Part shown: piece after piece, positions 54,588 to 63,778 of the stretch | Position numbering within the stretch: position 1 is the first letter of the stretch | Layout: each line of letters starts with the position of its first letter | DNA from: Rickettsiaceae bacterium | GTDB taxonomy: Bacteria; Pseudomonadota; Alphaproteobacteria; Rickettsiales; Rickettsiaceae | Length of the DNA: 64,000 nucleotides | NCBI GenBank assembly: GCA_045106955.1 | Contig: JBGCFO010000003.1 | Location: 14,430-78,429, forward strand | Reading direction: 5' to 3' | The notes under the pieces: generated by a model | Databases searched by the model: none | The model's input: only the letters and a program-made list of their open reading frames with translations | Told to the model about the DNA's origin: nothing | Position numbers and translations under genes: made by a program

Positions 54588-55868
54588 TTATGAAAAGACA
54601 TTTATCCTATTAGAAAGATTTGAACGCATCTTTATAATGACAATCGAAGATATTAATCCAAAAAATGCAAAGTAAATCGCAATTGATATAGGCGCGTTTG
54701 TGACATACCATAACCACAAACAAAATGCAGAGGTAATTTTGCCAAAAAATCCATATCCAATGGAAGAACCAATCCCAATAATTAAATAATTAGATTGTGA
54801 GTTGCATAATTTTTTGTACCATATATTCAGTGGGCAAGCAAAGATTACGCCAAGAATAATAATCCATATTCTAATTGACATTACATATAGAATGCTTGCA
54901 TGAGGCAAAAAATACCATAAAGGAATTATTGTTAAACCTAAAATTAAGCTACTAGAAAATAAGATCAGTTTTATGTCAAAATTTGAAAATATAGATCTTA
55001 TGATAAATATTAATATCAAATCTAAGATCATTAGATATGCATTATATTCCATCATCTCAGGCAATGTAATATTGGTAATTAAAGGAATAAAACTATTCAT
55101 TACAATGAACGGTATAGCATAGGTCATGTATGAAAAACCACTTGTAATAGCAATGACATAAACAACGTAACGAGACTGGTAGATTTGCTTTAGAATTAGA
55201 GAAAGAGATAATTTATCTCGTAAAGAATTGATATTACATTCCTTTGCAGTTTGTCTTAAAAAATATCCAACAAAGCCTCCTGCGCCCCCGAATATGAAAC
55301 ATACACGCCATAAATGTTCTTTTAAAAATTGAGATTCACTCCAAGATTGATGTGCAATCACAGCCCAAGATGCAAAAGATGCTAATAATATGCCAAACAT
55401 TGTTGAGCCGTTATATAAGCTAGAAATACGGAAAGCTTGAGATCTAGACTCACCTTCTAATGATTTGCCTTCTAATATGTATAATGATGCAATTATAGAT
55501 TCCCCAGCTCCAAAAATACCAACCAATGAACGCAATGTAATCAATGCTAAAGTAGAGTTAAATCCAATTGATTGATAAGTTGGAAGAAGTCCTATTAATA
55601 ATGTACTAATAGACACGCCAAATAATGAATATGATAATGATTTAATCGCACCGATACGCTGAACCATCAAACCAAATATAATACTTCCTAGTGGCCTAGT
55701 AATAATAGAGCTGCTAATTACACTATAACCTAAAATCAAAGATACAATGTAATCAAATTCTGGAAAAAATAAAGGGGCTAAAATTGGCACTAATAAAGAA
55801 TAAATTGCAACATCAAAATGATCTAATATATTACCAATTAAAATAGAGCGATTTAATTTACTTAACAT
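54588..55868 (-). CDS. MFS transporter, ProP-like (proline/betaine transporter family)
   Basis: 426 aa and about 12 TM segments. The N-terminal block GNILDHFDVAIYSLLVPILAPLFFP is typical of the ProP-like paralogs abundant in Rickettsiales. Confidence 0.7.
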   Translation of the reverse strand: MLSKLNRSILIGNILDHFDVAIYSLLVPILAPLFFPEFDYIVSLILGYSVISSSIITRPLGSIIFGLMVQRIGAIKSLSYSLFGVSISTLLIGLLPTYQSIGFNSTLALITLRSLVGIFGAGESIIASLYILEGKSLEGESRSQAFRISSLYNGSTMFGILLASFASWAVIAHQSWSESQFLKEHLWRVCFIFGGAGGFVGYFLRQTAKECNINSLRDKLSLSLILKQIYQSRYVVYVIAITSGFSYMTYAIPFIVMNSFIPLITNITLPEMMEYNAYLMILDLILIFIIRSIFSNFDIKLILFSSSLILGLTIIPLWYFLPHASILYVMSIRIWIIILGVIFACPLNIWYKKLCNSQSNYLIIGIGSSIGYGFFGKITSAFCLWLWYVTNAPISIAIYFAFFGLISSIVIIKMRSNLSNRINVFS

Positions 55869-55876
55869 AGAGCCTT

Positions 55877-56485
55877 TTAAGCTTTAGTATCTCTAATTGC
55901 CTTACTAAGATAAGCTTTTAAACTTTGTATTTTGGATTTATTTTTAACACTTACACATATTAGATCTAAATTCACCTTAGAGCCAAATATTCCAGTTAAT
56001 TTACAATGCGCATCATTTAACAACAAATCAACATCAGCAGTTGGTATTTTATCTATTTTAGTAAAAACTATATGAAAATCATGTCGATAAGATAGTAACA
56101 ATTCTATGATAGCAATATCATTTTTTTGTAAACCCCTTCTAGCATCTATTAACAGATTGAGAATCTTTTTATTTTGAGTATTACTTAAATAATATATTAT
56201 TAACTTTTCCCATTTTTGCTTTATATCTAATGGCACATTTGCAAATCCATAACCAGGTAAATCAACCAATGCAACATTAGTAGCTAAAGAAAAAAAGTTT
56301 ATCTGTCTAGTGCGCCCTGGTGTTTTAGATGTTTTAGCTAAATGACCATTATTACACAAAGCATTAATCAAGCTAGATTTACCAACATTGGATTTACCAA
56401 TAAATACCAGATCAACAACATGAGGATTTTTTGGAATTTGTTTAGGGTCAGATGCGCTCAATAAAAATTTAGGATTATCAAACAT
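55877..56485 (-). CDS. engB: ribosome biogenesis GTP-binding protein YihA/EngB
   Basis: 202 aa with G1 GKSNVGKSSLINAL, G3 DLPGYGFA and G4 TKIDK. Confidence 0.9.
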   Translation of the reverse strand: MFDNPKFLLSASDPKQIPKNPHVVDLVFIGKSNVGKSSLINALCNNGHLAKTSKTPGRTRQINFFSLATNVALVDLPGYGFANVPLDIKQKWEKLIIYYLSNTQNKKILNLLIDARRGLQKNDIAIIELLLSYRHDFHIVFTKIDKIPTADVDLLLNDAHCKLTGIFGSKVNLDLICVSVKNKSKIQSLKAYLSKAIRDTKA

Positions 56486-56636
56486 ATAATAATTAGGATC
56501 TTTTTGTTATAGTTGCATAACATTTTTTATAGCGATATCAAAAAACTACAAATCGTTTTATCAAATGTTACGAGTGACTTGCCATTTAACTGAAAGACAC
56601 AGCATTTATTCAATGCTAGCAATAATTTCATTATCA

Positions 56637-56712
56637 TGGCGAGCCCGCCGGGACTCGAACCCGGGACACCCTGATTAAAAGTCAAGTGCTCTACCAACTG
56701 AGCTACGGGCTC
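56637..56712 (-). tRNA. tRNA-Lys (anticodon UUU)
   Basis: Reverse complement reads GAGCCCGTAGCTCAGTTGGTAGAGCACTTGACTTTTAATCAGGGTGTCCCGGGTTCGAGTCCCGGCGGGCTCGCCA. The acceptor stem is perfect, the anticodon loop is CTTTTAA, and CCA is encoded. ORF 56527..56790 is the spurious translation of this tRNA. Confidence 0.92.
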
Positions 56713-56860
56713 ATTTATATGTTTCAATACAAATGAAAAGAAGCTTGAAAATAAATGATCACACATCCAAGGATTAGACAAATAACTCAAGATCTTATAT
56801 TTACTTTATGACGAAAAAATACTAATCTGTCAACCTATAAATTCAAAAAATATAAATCAA

Positions 56861-57601
56861 ATGTTTAGAAAAATACATGATGACGTTGCCATAATCGTAC
56901 CATCTAGGATAGAATCAACTAGATTGTCAAGAAAGCCGCTGAAACTCATTGGTAAGACTTCCATGATAGAACATGTATTGTCTCAAATAAATAAAACAAA
57001 ATTACAACATGTGTATGTTGCGACCGATTCAAAGGATATAGCATCAATTGCTCAAGGGATCGGAGGTAAATATATTATGACAGATTCATCCTTAGCATCA
57101 GGTACAGATAGAGTATTCGCTGCTTTTAATAATTTACCAAATAAAACTCAATTTAAGTATGTCATTAACGTCCAGGGAGATATGCCTTTTATAGAACCAA
57201 GCACTATCCTTACTGTTATTGATAATTTGAAGAAAAATGAGTTTGAAATCATGACGCCAGCAGTAAAAGTAGATCTTAAAACGGCTCAAACTGCTAGCAA
57301 TGTTAAAATTGTAGTCAGCAAAACTAATAAAGCATTATATTTTTCCCGTAACATGATACCCCACTCTGGAGAGGAATTCTTATATCATATTGGCGTGTAT
57401 GGGTTTACCGTACAAGCATTAGCAAAATTTGTATCATTGCCAGTAACTAGCTTAGAAAAAACCGAGAATTTAGAACAACTCAGAGCTTTATACAATAATA
57501 TCGATATAGGAGTGTGTTATATAAATAACATTCCAATTTCAGTAGACACGCAGCATGATTTAGATATGGCTATCAATTTTTATAACAATCAATTAACATA
57601 A
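56861..57601 (+). CDS. kdsB: 3-deoxy-manno-octulosonate cytidylyltransferase (CMP-KDO synthetase)
   Basis: 246 aa with IIVPSRIESTRLSRKPL, GTDRV, NVQGDMPFI and HIGVYGF. Confidence 0.9.
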   Translation: MFRKIHDDVAIIVPSRIESTRLSRKPLKLIGKTSMIEHVLSQINKTKLQHVYVATDSKDIASIAQGIGGKYIMTDSSLASGTDRVFAAFNNLPNKTQFKYVINVQGDMPFIEPSTILTVIDNLKKNEFEIMTPAVKVDLKTAQTASNVKIVVSKTNKALYFSRNMIPHSGEEFLYHIGVYGFTVQALAKFVSLPVTSLEKTENLEQLRALYNNIDIGVCYINNIPISVDTQHDLDMAINFYNNQLT

Positions 57602-57682
57602 AATTTTATAAATAAGAAATAGAAATATCAATGCTAATATTATATCTAACATTAATTAACACTAATACCTGTATATAGCCAA

Positions 57683-60340
57683 ATGAGTACAAATACTATA
57701 TCCCAAATTCGAAATAAATTTATAGAATATTTCACACAAAATCAGCATGTACATGTTAAATCTAGCTCTTTAATTCCTCACAATGATCCAAGCTTAATGT
57801 TTGTAAATTCTGGAATGGTTCAGTTTAAGAATGTTTTTACCGATCAAGAGCGGAGAGAATATGTTAAAGCAACTAGTAGTCAAAAATGTTTGCGCGCTGG
57901 AGGCAAGCACAATGATTTAGAAAATGTAGGTTATACAGCTAGACATCATACATTTTTTGAAATGCTTGGCAATTTCTCCTTTGGCGATTATTTTAAGGAG
58001 GAAGCGATTTATCATGCGTGGAACTTGCTAACAAAAGATCTAGAGCTATCAAAAGACAAGTTATACATAACAATATATCATTCTGACCAAGAAGCTGCTC
58101 AATATTGGAAGAAAATTGCAAACTTATCTGATGATAGGATAATTAGAATTAAAACATCTGATAATTTTTGGTCCATGGGGCCAACTGGACCATGTGGGCC
58201 CTGCTCTGAAATTTTCTACGATCATGGCCCATCCATCGCAGGAGGACCCCCAGGAAGTCCAAACGAAGATGGCGATCGTTTTGTTGAAATCTGGAATTTA
58301 GTATTCATGGAATTTGAACAAATAGATGAAAAAACTCGCGTTTTATTACCAAAAAAATCTGTAGATACAGGTATGGGTTTAGAGCGAATTGCAACTGTAT
58401 TACAAGGTATTCACGATAATTACGACACAGATCTATTTAAAGAGCTAATAACAACATCTGAAGATGTAATTAAGGTCAAAAATATAGGTCAAGCTCAATT
58501 TAGTTACCGCATTATCACTGATCATTTGCGTGCAATGTCATTTTTAATTGCAGATGGGATAATGCCTTCTAATGAAGGTAGAGGTTATGTACTTAGGCGT
58601 ATTATGAGAAGAGCGATGAGACATGCGCATACACTTGGAGCTAGAAATCCAGTAATTTATAAAATATTACCAAAGCTTGTAGAGCTTATGGGATCATTCT
58701 ATCTAGAACTTGATAAATCATACGAATTTATCCAAAGTATTATACATCAAGAAGAGGAAAGATTTATTAAAACTCTTGGTAGGGGAATGAAATTATTGAC
58801 CGAAGAAATTGAAAATAAATTAGTTTCGAAACAATTAACTGGAGAAGCTGCATTTAAATTATACGATACATACGGCTTTCCCTTAGATCTTACTCAAGAT
58901 ATATTAAAAGAAAAAAATATTACAGTAGATACTGATGGATTTGATAAGGAAATGAAAGCTCAAAAGGATAGAGCTCGTAAAGCTTGGTCTGGATCTGGCG
59001 AAGGTAAGATTGATCAGACATGGTTTGATATCAAATCAAAATATGGTTCTACAGAATTTTTAGGATATACATTAAACAAAGCATATGGAAAGGTATTAGA
59101 GTTAATTCACAAGAATAAACAAATTAAAAATTTTGGTATATTAGATGTAGAATTTATTGTTATTGTTAATCAAACTCCGTTCTATGCTGAATCTGGTGGT
59201 CAAATGGGCGATATTGGCGCGATTAAATCTGATCATTGCGAAATTCAAGTAATAGATACTAAAAAATATCTTGGTCTACATGCGCATATTTGCAAATTAA
59301 AAAAAGGCAGTATCAACACTAATGATACTATCTATTTAGAAATAAATGATCAATATAGACAAAACTTAAAATTGCATCATTCTGCAACTCATTTACTGCA
59401 TAGCGCTTTAAGACAGAAATTAGGGGCTCATGTTACACAAAAAGGCTCGTTAGTTGCTCAAAACTACTTGAGATTTGATTTTAGCAATCCAAGCGCTATA
59501 ACTAATGACCAGCTATTGATGATAGAAAATGATATCAATCAAATCATAAGAAACAATCTAAAGCTCAATACACAAATAATGTCGATAGATGATGCGATTG
59601 ACAAAGGCGCTATGGCATTATTTGGAGAAAAATATGATAATGAAGTTCGCGTTGTAAGTGTTGGAGATGAAAAATACGATAATCTTTATTCCATAGAATT
59701 ATGCGGTGGAACGCATATAAATAATACTGGAGAGATTGGGTTATTTAAAATCGTAGGTGAACAGGCTATTGCCGCTGGTGTTAGACGCATTGAGGGTGTG
59801 TGCGGGCAATTTGCATTAGATTTTACTCGCAACTATCAAGATACAATAAATCAAATATCACAAACTCTTAAAGTTCCTAACAATGATATTCTATCGAAAA
59901 TTAGCTATTTAATTGATCATAGCAAATCATTAGAACAAGCATTGGTAAATGCATCTCTATCTAAATTAGATTTATCAACAGATGAAATCAATAAAACTGC
60001 TACAAAAATAAAGGATATTTCATTTGTATTTAAAATTATCGATAGCATTGACGATATTAAACTAATTAGAAATGCAGCAATTGCATCGGCAGGAAAAACA
60101 GATAACCTCATTATCTTGTACGCTGTTAATTTAAAGGGTAAAATATCAATAATAGTTGCAACATCTCAAAGCCTTAAAGATAAATTTAGCGCTAAAGATT
60201 TTGTAAATAATATTTCGTTGTTTTTAGATGGCAAAGGCGGTGGAGGTACAGCAACTCTTGCACAAGCTGGTGGAACAAATATCAAAAAATTATACGAATT
60301 ACAGCATTATGCTATTGATAATTTGACCAATATGCTTTAA
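57683..60340 (+). CDS. alaS: alanine--tRNA ligase
   Basis: 885 aa with FFEMLGNFSFGDYFK, the editing-domain Zn motif HSATHLLH ... CGGTH, and a C-terminal DHHA1 domain GGGG. Confidence 0.95.
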   Translation: MSTNTISQIRNKFIEYFTQNQHVHVKSSSLIPHNDPSLMFVNSGMVQFKNVFTDQERREYVKATSSQKCLRAGGKHNDLENVGYTARHHTFFEMLGNFSFGDYFKEEAIYHAWNLLTKDLELSKDKLYITIYHSDQEAAQYWKKIANLSDDRIIRIKTSDNFWSMGPTGPCGPCSEIFYDHGPSIAGGPPGSPNEDGDRFVEIWNLVFMEFEQIDEKTRVLLPKKSVDTGMGLERIATVLQGIHDNYDTDLFKELITTSEDVIKVKNIGQAQFSYRIITDHLRAMSFLIADGIMPSNEGRGYVLRRIMRRAMRHAHTLGARNPVIYKILPKLVELMGSFYLELDKSYEFIQSIIHQEEERFIKTLGRGMKLLTEEIENKLVSKQLTGEAAFKLYDTYGFPLDLTQDILKEKNITVDTDGFDKEMKAQKDRARKAWSGSGEGKIDQTWFDIKSKYGSTEFLGYTLNKAYGKVLELIHKNKQIKNFGILDVEFIVIVNQTPFYAESGGQMGDIGAIKSDHCEIQVIDTKKYLGLHAHICKLKKGSINTNDTIYLEINDQYRQNLKLHHSATHLLHSALRQKLGAHVTQKGSLVAQNYLRFDFSNPSAITNDQLLMIENDINQIIRNNLKLNTQIMSIDDAIDKGAMALFGEKYDNEVRVVSVGDEKYDNLYSIELCGGTHINNTGEIGLFKIVGEQAIAAGVRRIEGVCGQFALDFTRNYQDTINQISQTLKVPNNDILSKISYLIDHSKSLEQALVNASLSKLDLSTDEINKTATKIKDISFVFKIIDSIDDIKLIRNAAIASAGKTDNLIILYAVNLKGKISIIVATSQSLKDKFSAKDFVNNISLFLDGKGGGGTATLAQAGGTNIKKLYELQHYAIDNLTNML

Positions 60341-60355
60341 AACTCTTATATATAA

Positions 60356-60447
<92 letters not shown>

Positions 60448-60827
60448 GTTTTTAATGCTCGAAAAGTTTTCGCTGGATTTTCTGGGTTCATAAATACGCC
60501 TCTAAACCCCAGTATTCATGGGCTTTAGCGCATTTAAGTCACGCAACACATGCGTACCTAGAGAATCCAAAAATCACCAAAAACACCCCAAATTCTCCCT
60601 TTTTGTTCTCTGTTTCTCCGTTACATGCGAACGTCGGTCGTGAAGGTACGCATCTATCAACCCCTTGATTTTACTGGATTTTTGCGATTTCGGCATTTTG
60701 AGGTTCGTTTTTGGCGGATGGTGTGCGGGGTACTCAGAGTAAGAGAAACCTCTTGACTTCAGTACCTAACATTAGTAAACTTGCATATAATATGAGTGGC
60801 AGAATCAATTTTTAATGTAGGTAACTT

Positions 60828-61250
60828 ATGTGGATTAGAGAGCATAACAAATTTTATCCCGACGTATCCCCTGAGGAGATTTGGAAGATATGGATAGATA
60901 TTAACAACTGGCCCAGTTGGCATGGAGATTTGGATTATTGCAAGCTTGATGGCGACTTCAAGGTGGGAAATCATTTTATGCTGAAGCCTAAAGGCGCGCC
61001 AGCAGTTAAGATTATGCTGACTGAAATTAATGAGATGCAGAATTTTACCGACTGCACAAAGTTCTTCGGGGCTAAAATGTACGATACCCACAGCATGGAA
61101 GTGAAAGATGGTGGTGTTCTGCTTTCCAATAAATTAGTGGTTACAGGGCCCTTAAAATGGCTGTGGATCAAGCTTGTGGCAAAGCATGTTGCAGACACAG
61201 TTCCAGATGAGATGGACTCTTTGGTTAATCTGGCTAGGAATAAAGGCTGA
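60828..61250 (+). CDS. SRPBCC-superfamily (polyketide-cyclase/START-like) small-ligand-binding protein
   Basis: 140 aa. The N-terminal EEIWKIWIDINNWPSWHGDLDYCKLDG block and the size are typical of SRPBCC/polyketide_cyc2 proteins. It is the first gene of the higher-GC operon. Confidence 0.6.
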   Translation: MWIREHNKFYPDVSPEEIWKIWIDINNWPSWHGDLDYCKLDGDFKVGNHFMLKPKGAPAVKIMLTEINEMQNFTDCTKFFGAKMYDTHSMEVKDGGVLLSNKLVVTGPLKWLWIKLVAKHVADTVPDEMDSLVNLARNKG

Positions 61251-61255
61251 AAGAT

Positions 61256-61717
61256 ATGACAAATCCACCATTTGGTTTTGATGCACCTGAAGATAGCCCT
61301 GGTTTTTTGCTATGGCAAACAACTATTTCTTGGCAACGTATGATCAAAAAAGCATTAGAGCCACATGATATCTCCCATGCCCAATTTGTTATTATGGCTA
61401 TATTGCTTTGGTGGCATGGTCAGAAGAGAGAAGTAACTCAAATTGATATTGTCACAATGTCTAAACTAGATAAGATGACTGTTTCAAAATCATTAAAGAA
61501 ATTGGTTGGGATGGATTTAGTAGCAAGACATGAAAACCAAGAGGACACAAGAGCTAAATCCGTGGAATTAACAAAATTGGGGGTGGCTTTAGCCGGTAAG
61601 CTAGTACCTATTGTAGAAGGCGTAGATGAGGATTTTTTTGCCAAGCTTCCGAAAAAACAGGAAAAAGATTTGATAGTAATTTTACGAAAATTAACGGTGG
61701 CAGAAGATGTTAACTAA
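61256..61717 (+). CDS. MarR-family transcriptional regulator
   Basis: 153 aa with a winged-helix core (SHAQFVIMAILLW...TQIDIVTMSKLDKMTVSKSLKKLVGMDLVARHENQEDTRAKSVELTKLG). It starts 5 nt after the SRPBCC gene. Confidence 0.85.
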   Translation: MTNPPFGFDAPEDSPGFLLWQTTISWQRMIKKALEPHDISHAQFVIMAILLWWHGQKREVTQIDIVTMSKLDKMTVSKSLKKLVGMDLVARHENQEDTRAKSVELTKLGVALAGKLVPIVEGVDEDFFAKLPKKQEKDLIVILRKLTVAEDVN

Positions 61718-62726
61718 GCCTAACCTTAAAGATGAAAAAATTATCGCATGCTTGCACGATAACTATGATTTAGATATCGCTGAAATTTCTTTTCTACCAC
61801 TTGGTGCTGATTTTAATACTGCCGTGTACCGAGTTACGACAACAGATAAAACAGACTATTTTCTAAAGCTACGATCTGGAGATTTTTGTGAGCCCAGCGT
61901 ATTAGTTCCACATCACTTAAAACAAATTGGTCTGCAAAATATTATCCCTCCTATTGCAACTAAAACAGACGAATGTTGGACAAATTTAGATGCCTTTAAT
62001 GTGGCCTTGTATCCTTATATTGATGGGCGTAATGCTGTGGATAGTCAAATATCAGAACAACAATGGCAGCAATTTGGGGAGACAGTAAAAAAATTACATA
62101 CTGCTGATATTCCCGAGTCTATTATTAGCAATGTACCAAAAGAAACTTTCTCATTAAAGTGTTGCCAAACGGTAAGATTATTCCTTGAGCGTATAGAAAA
62201 TGAAGTCTTTGATGAAGCTGTAGCCACAAAGTTGGCTGCATTATTAAAGTCTAAAAATGATATCATTTTGGACTTGATAAAACGAACAGAAGAACTTGGC
62301 TCCATACTGCAAAATCAATCCCTTCAACATGTATTATGTCACGCTGATATGCACGGCTGGAATTTGTTGATCGATCAAGATGATCATTTGTATCTCATTG
62401 ACTGGGATACTCTGGTCTTAGCACCAAAGGAGCGTGATTTAATGTTTATTGGTGCAGGCATTTGGGATAGTTGCTACACACCAACTGAAGAAGAATCATT
62501 ATTTTATAAAGGCTATGGGCAAGCCAATATAAACCAAGATGCACTTTGTTACTATCGTTTTAGTCGCATATTACAAGATATTGCTGAATATTGTGAATAC
62601 ATCTTCTTGTCTGATGAAGGCGGTGATGATCGGATGCAGGCTCTTGAACATCTAAAACCTAATTTTTTGCCAAACGGCACAATAGAAAGAGCATATCATG
62701 CTGACAAAATGAGGAATGTTTCATGA
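61707..62726 (+). CDS. aminoglycoside/small-molecule phosphotransferase (APH family, APH(9)-like)
   Basis: 339 aa with catalytic loop LCHADMHGWNLLI and Mg-binding YLIDWD followed by LAPKERDLMFIG. From memory, this block and the overall length resemble Legionella APH(9)-Ia spectinomycin kinase. It overlaps marR by 11 nt. Confidence 0.75.
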   Translation: MLTKPNLKDEKIIACLHDNYDLDIAEISFLPLGADFNTAVYRVTTTDKTDYFLKLRSGDFCEPSVLVPHHLKQIGLQNIIPPIATKTDECWTNLDAFNVALYPYIDGRNAVDSQISEQQWQQFGETVKKLHTADIPESIISNVPKETFSLKCCQTVRLFLERIENEVFDEAVATKLAALLKSKNDIILDLIKRTEELGSILQNQSLQHVLCHADMHGWNLLIDQDDHLYLIDWDTLVLAPKERDLMFIGAGIWDSCYTPTEEESLFYKGYGQANINQDALCYYRFSRILQDIAEYCEYIFLSDEGGDDRMQALEHLKPNFLPNGTIERAYHADKMRNVS

Positions 62727-63778
62727 AGTTATATTTTATAGGCGGCGCCAGCGGTAGCGGCAAGACAGCGATTATGCCAGAACTGCAAAAAATATTAGGC
62801 AGCGAAATAAAGGTCTACGATTTTGATGATATTGGAGTACCTGAAGGTGCTGATAAAAAATGGCGCCAAGAATCTACAGAAAAGTGGTTGCAACAATTAC
62901 TTTCAGATGGCAAAGATGCCTGTTTGCTTGGCCAAATTGTTTTAGGCGAAATCATAGCATGTCCTTCTGCTAAAAAATTAGATTACATTAATTTTTGCTT
63001 GTTAGATGTAAGTGACTTTGAGCGAATCCAACGCTTGAAAAAACGCAATACCTACGGCGCTGATCAAAATATGTTGAACTGGTCTGCTTGGCTTCGTATG
63101 CACACCCGTGATCCGCAATGGACACAGCAAGTAATCAAAGATGCTTCTTGGGATGGTTTAGATTTTTCCTCTTGGGATCGGAGTCTAACCTGGCCAACCA
63201 ATGTCAGCACTAAAATTATCGATACAACTTCTCTAGATATTAAAGAAGTTGCTGAGCAAGTAGCTGCTTGGATTAATAACAACAAAATTGATACGGCTCG
63301 TCTAACAATTAGAGAAATTACAGCAAATGATTTAAATGCGCTATATGGTCTTCTTAGTAATGAAGATGTAATGCGCTACTCTGTGCATGGGCCATATTCC
63401 AAAAAGCAGACAGAAGATTGGATTAGCTTTATTACAGAGCATTATAAAAAGTATCCTCTTGGTATGTGGGCAGTTATAGAAAAAGATAATGATGTGTTAA
63501 TTGGCATATGTGGGTTAATGCCGTTAAGCGATGATGATTCAAAATATGAAATTGGATATAGAATATTACCTGATTTCCAAGGCAAAGGTTATGCGACTGA
63601 GGCCGCTATTGCTGTAAGAGATTACGCTATAAGCGTTGGGGTTAATCAGTTTATTGCTTACATTGAAAAAGAAAACAAACCTTCAGTAAAAATTTCCGAG
63701 AAAATTGGTATGAATTTTCTAAAGAATGGAACCTATAAAAACATACCGGTTCTCATATATGAGTACAAGGTGGAATAA
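62723..63778 (+). CDS. fusion protein: N-terminal P-loop NTPase/kinase-like domain + C-terminal GNAT N-acetyltransferase (RimJ/RimL-like)
   Basis: 351 aa. Walker A is at the extreme N-terminus (FIGGASGSGKTAI). From about residue 193 there is a GNAT domain (LTIREITANDLNALYGLL...IGYRILPDFQGKGYATEA...). An ATGA overlap joins it to the APH gene. Confidence 0.75.
   Translation: MKLYFIGGASGSGKTAIMPELQKILGSEIKVYDFDDIGVPEGADKKWRQESTEKWLQQLLSDGKDACLLGQIVLGEIIACPSAKKLDYINFCLLDVSDFERIQRLKKRNTYGADQNMLNWSAWLRMHTRDPQWTQQVIKDASWDGLDFSSWDRSLTWPTNVSTKIIDTTSLDIKEVAEQVAAWINNNKIDTARLTIREITANDLNALYGLLSNEDVMRYSVHGPYSKKQTEDWISFITEHYKKYPLGMWAVIEKDNDVLIGICGLMPLSDDDSKYEIGYRILPDFQGKGYATEAAIAVRDYAISVGVNQFIAYIEKENKPSVKISEKIGMNFLKNGTYKNIPVLIYEYKVE

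Noticed and set aside
56601-56617. Hairpin AGCATT-tattc-AATGCT downstream of tRNA-Lys as a terminator
   Set aside because: It has a 6-bp AT-rich stem and a poor downstream T-tract on the transcribed strand. It is plausible but unsupported without computation.
56527-56790. 87-aa ORF on the minus strand
   Set aside because: It is the translation of tRNA-Lys (…AQLVEHLTFNQGVPGSSPGG… is the classic tRNA-derived peptide) and is not a gene.
60550-60653. 9-bp inverted repeat (atgcgtacc / ggtacgcat) as a possible element terminus or operator
   Set aside because: My rough expectation for a 9-bp inverted repeat somewhere in a 380-bp segment is about 0.3, which is not statistically compelling. It is mentioned only as context for the junction finding.
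60754-60791. TTGACT … TATAAT as the island operon promoter
   Set aside because: The spacing between the two hexamers is about 27 nt, far from the 16-18 nt optimum, so it is not called as a promoter.
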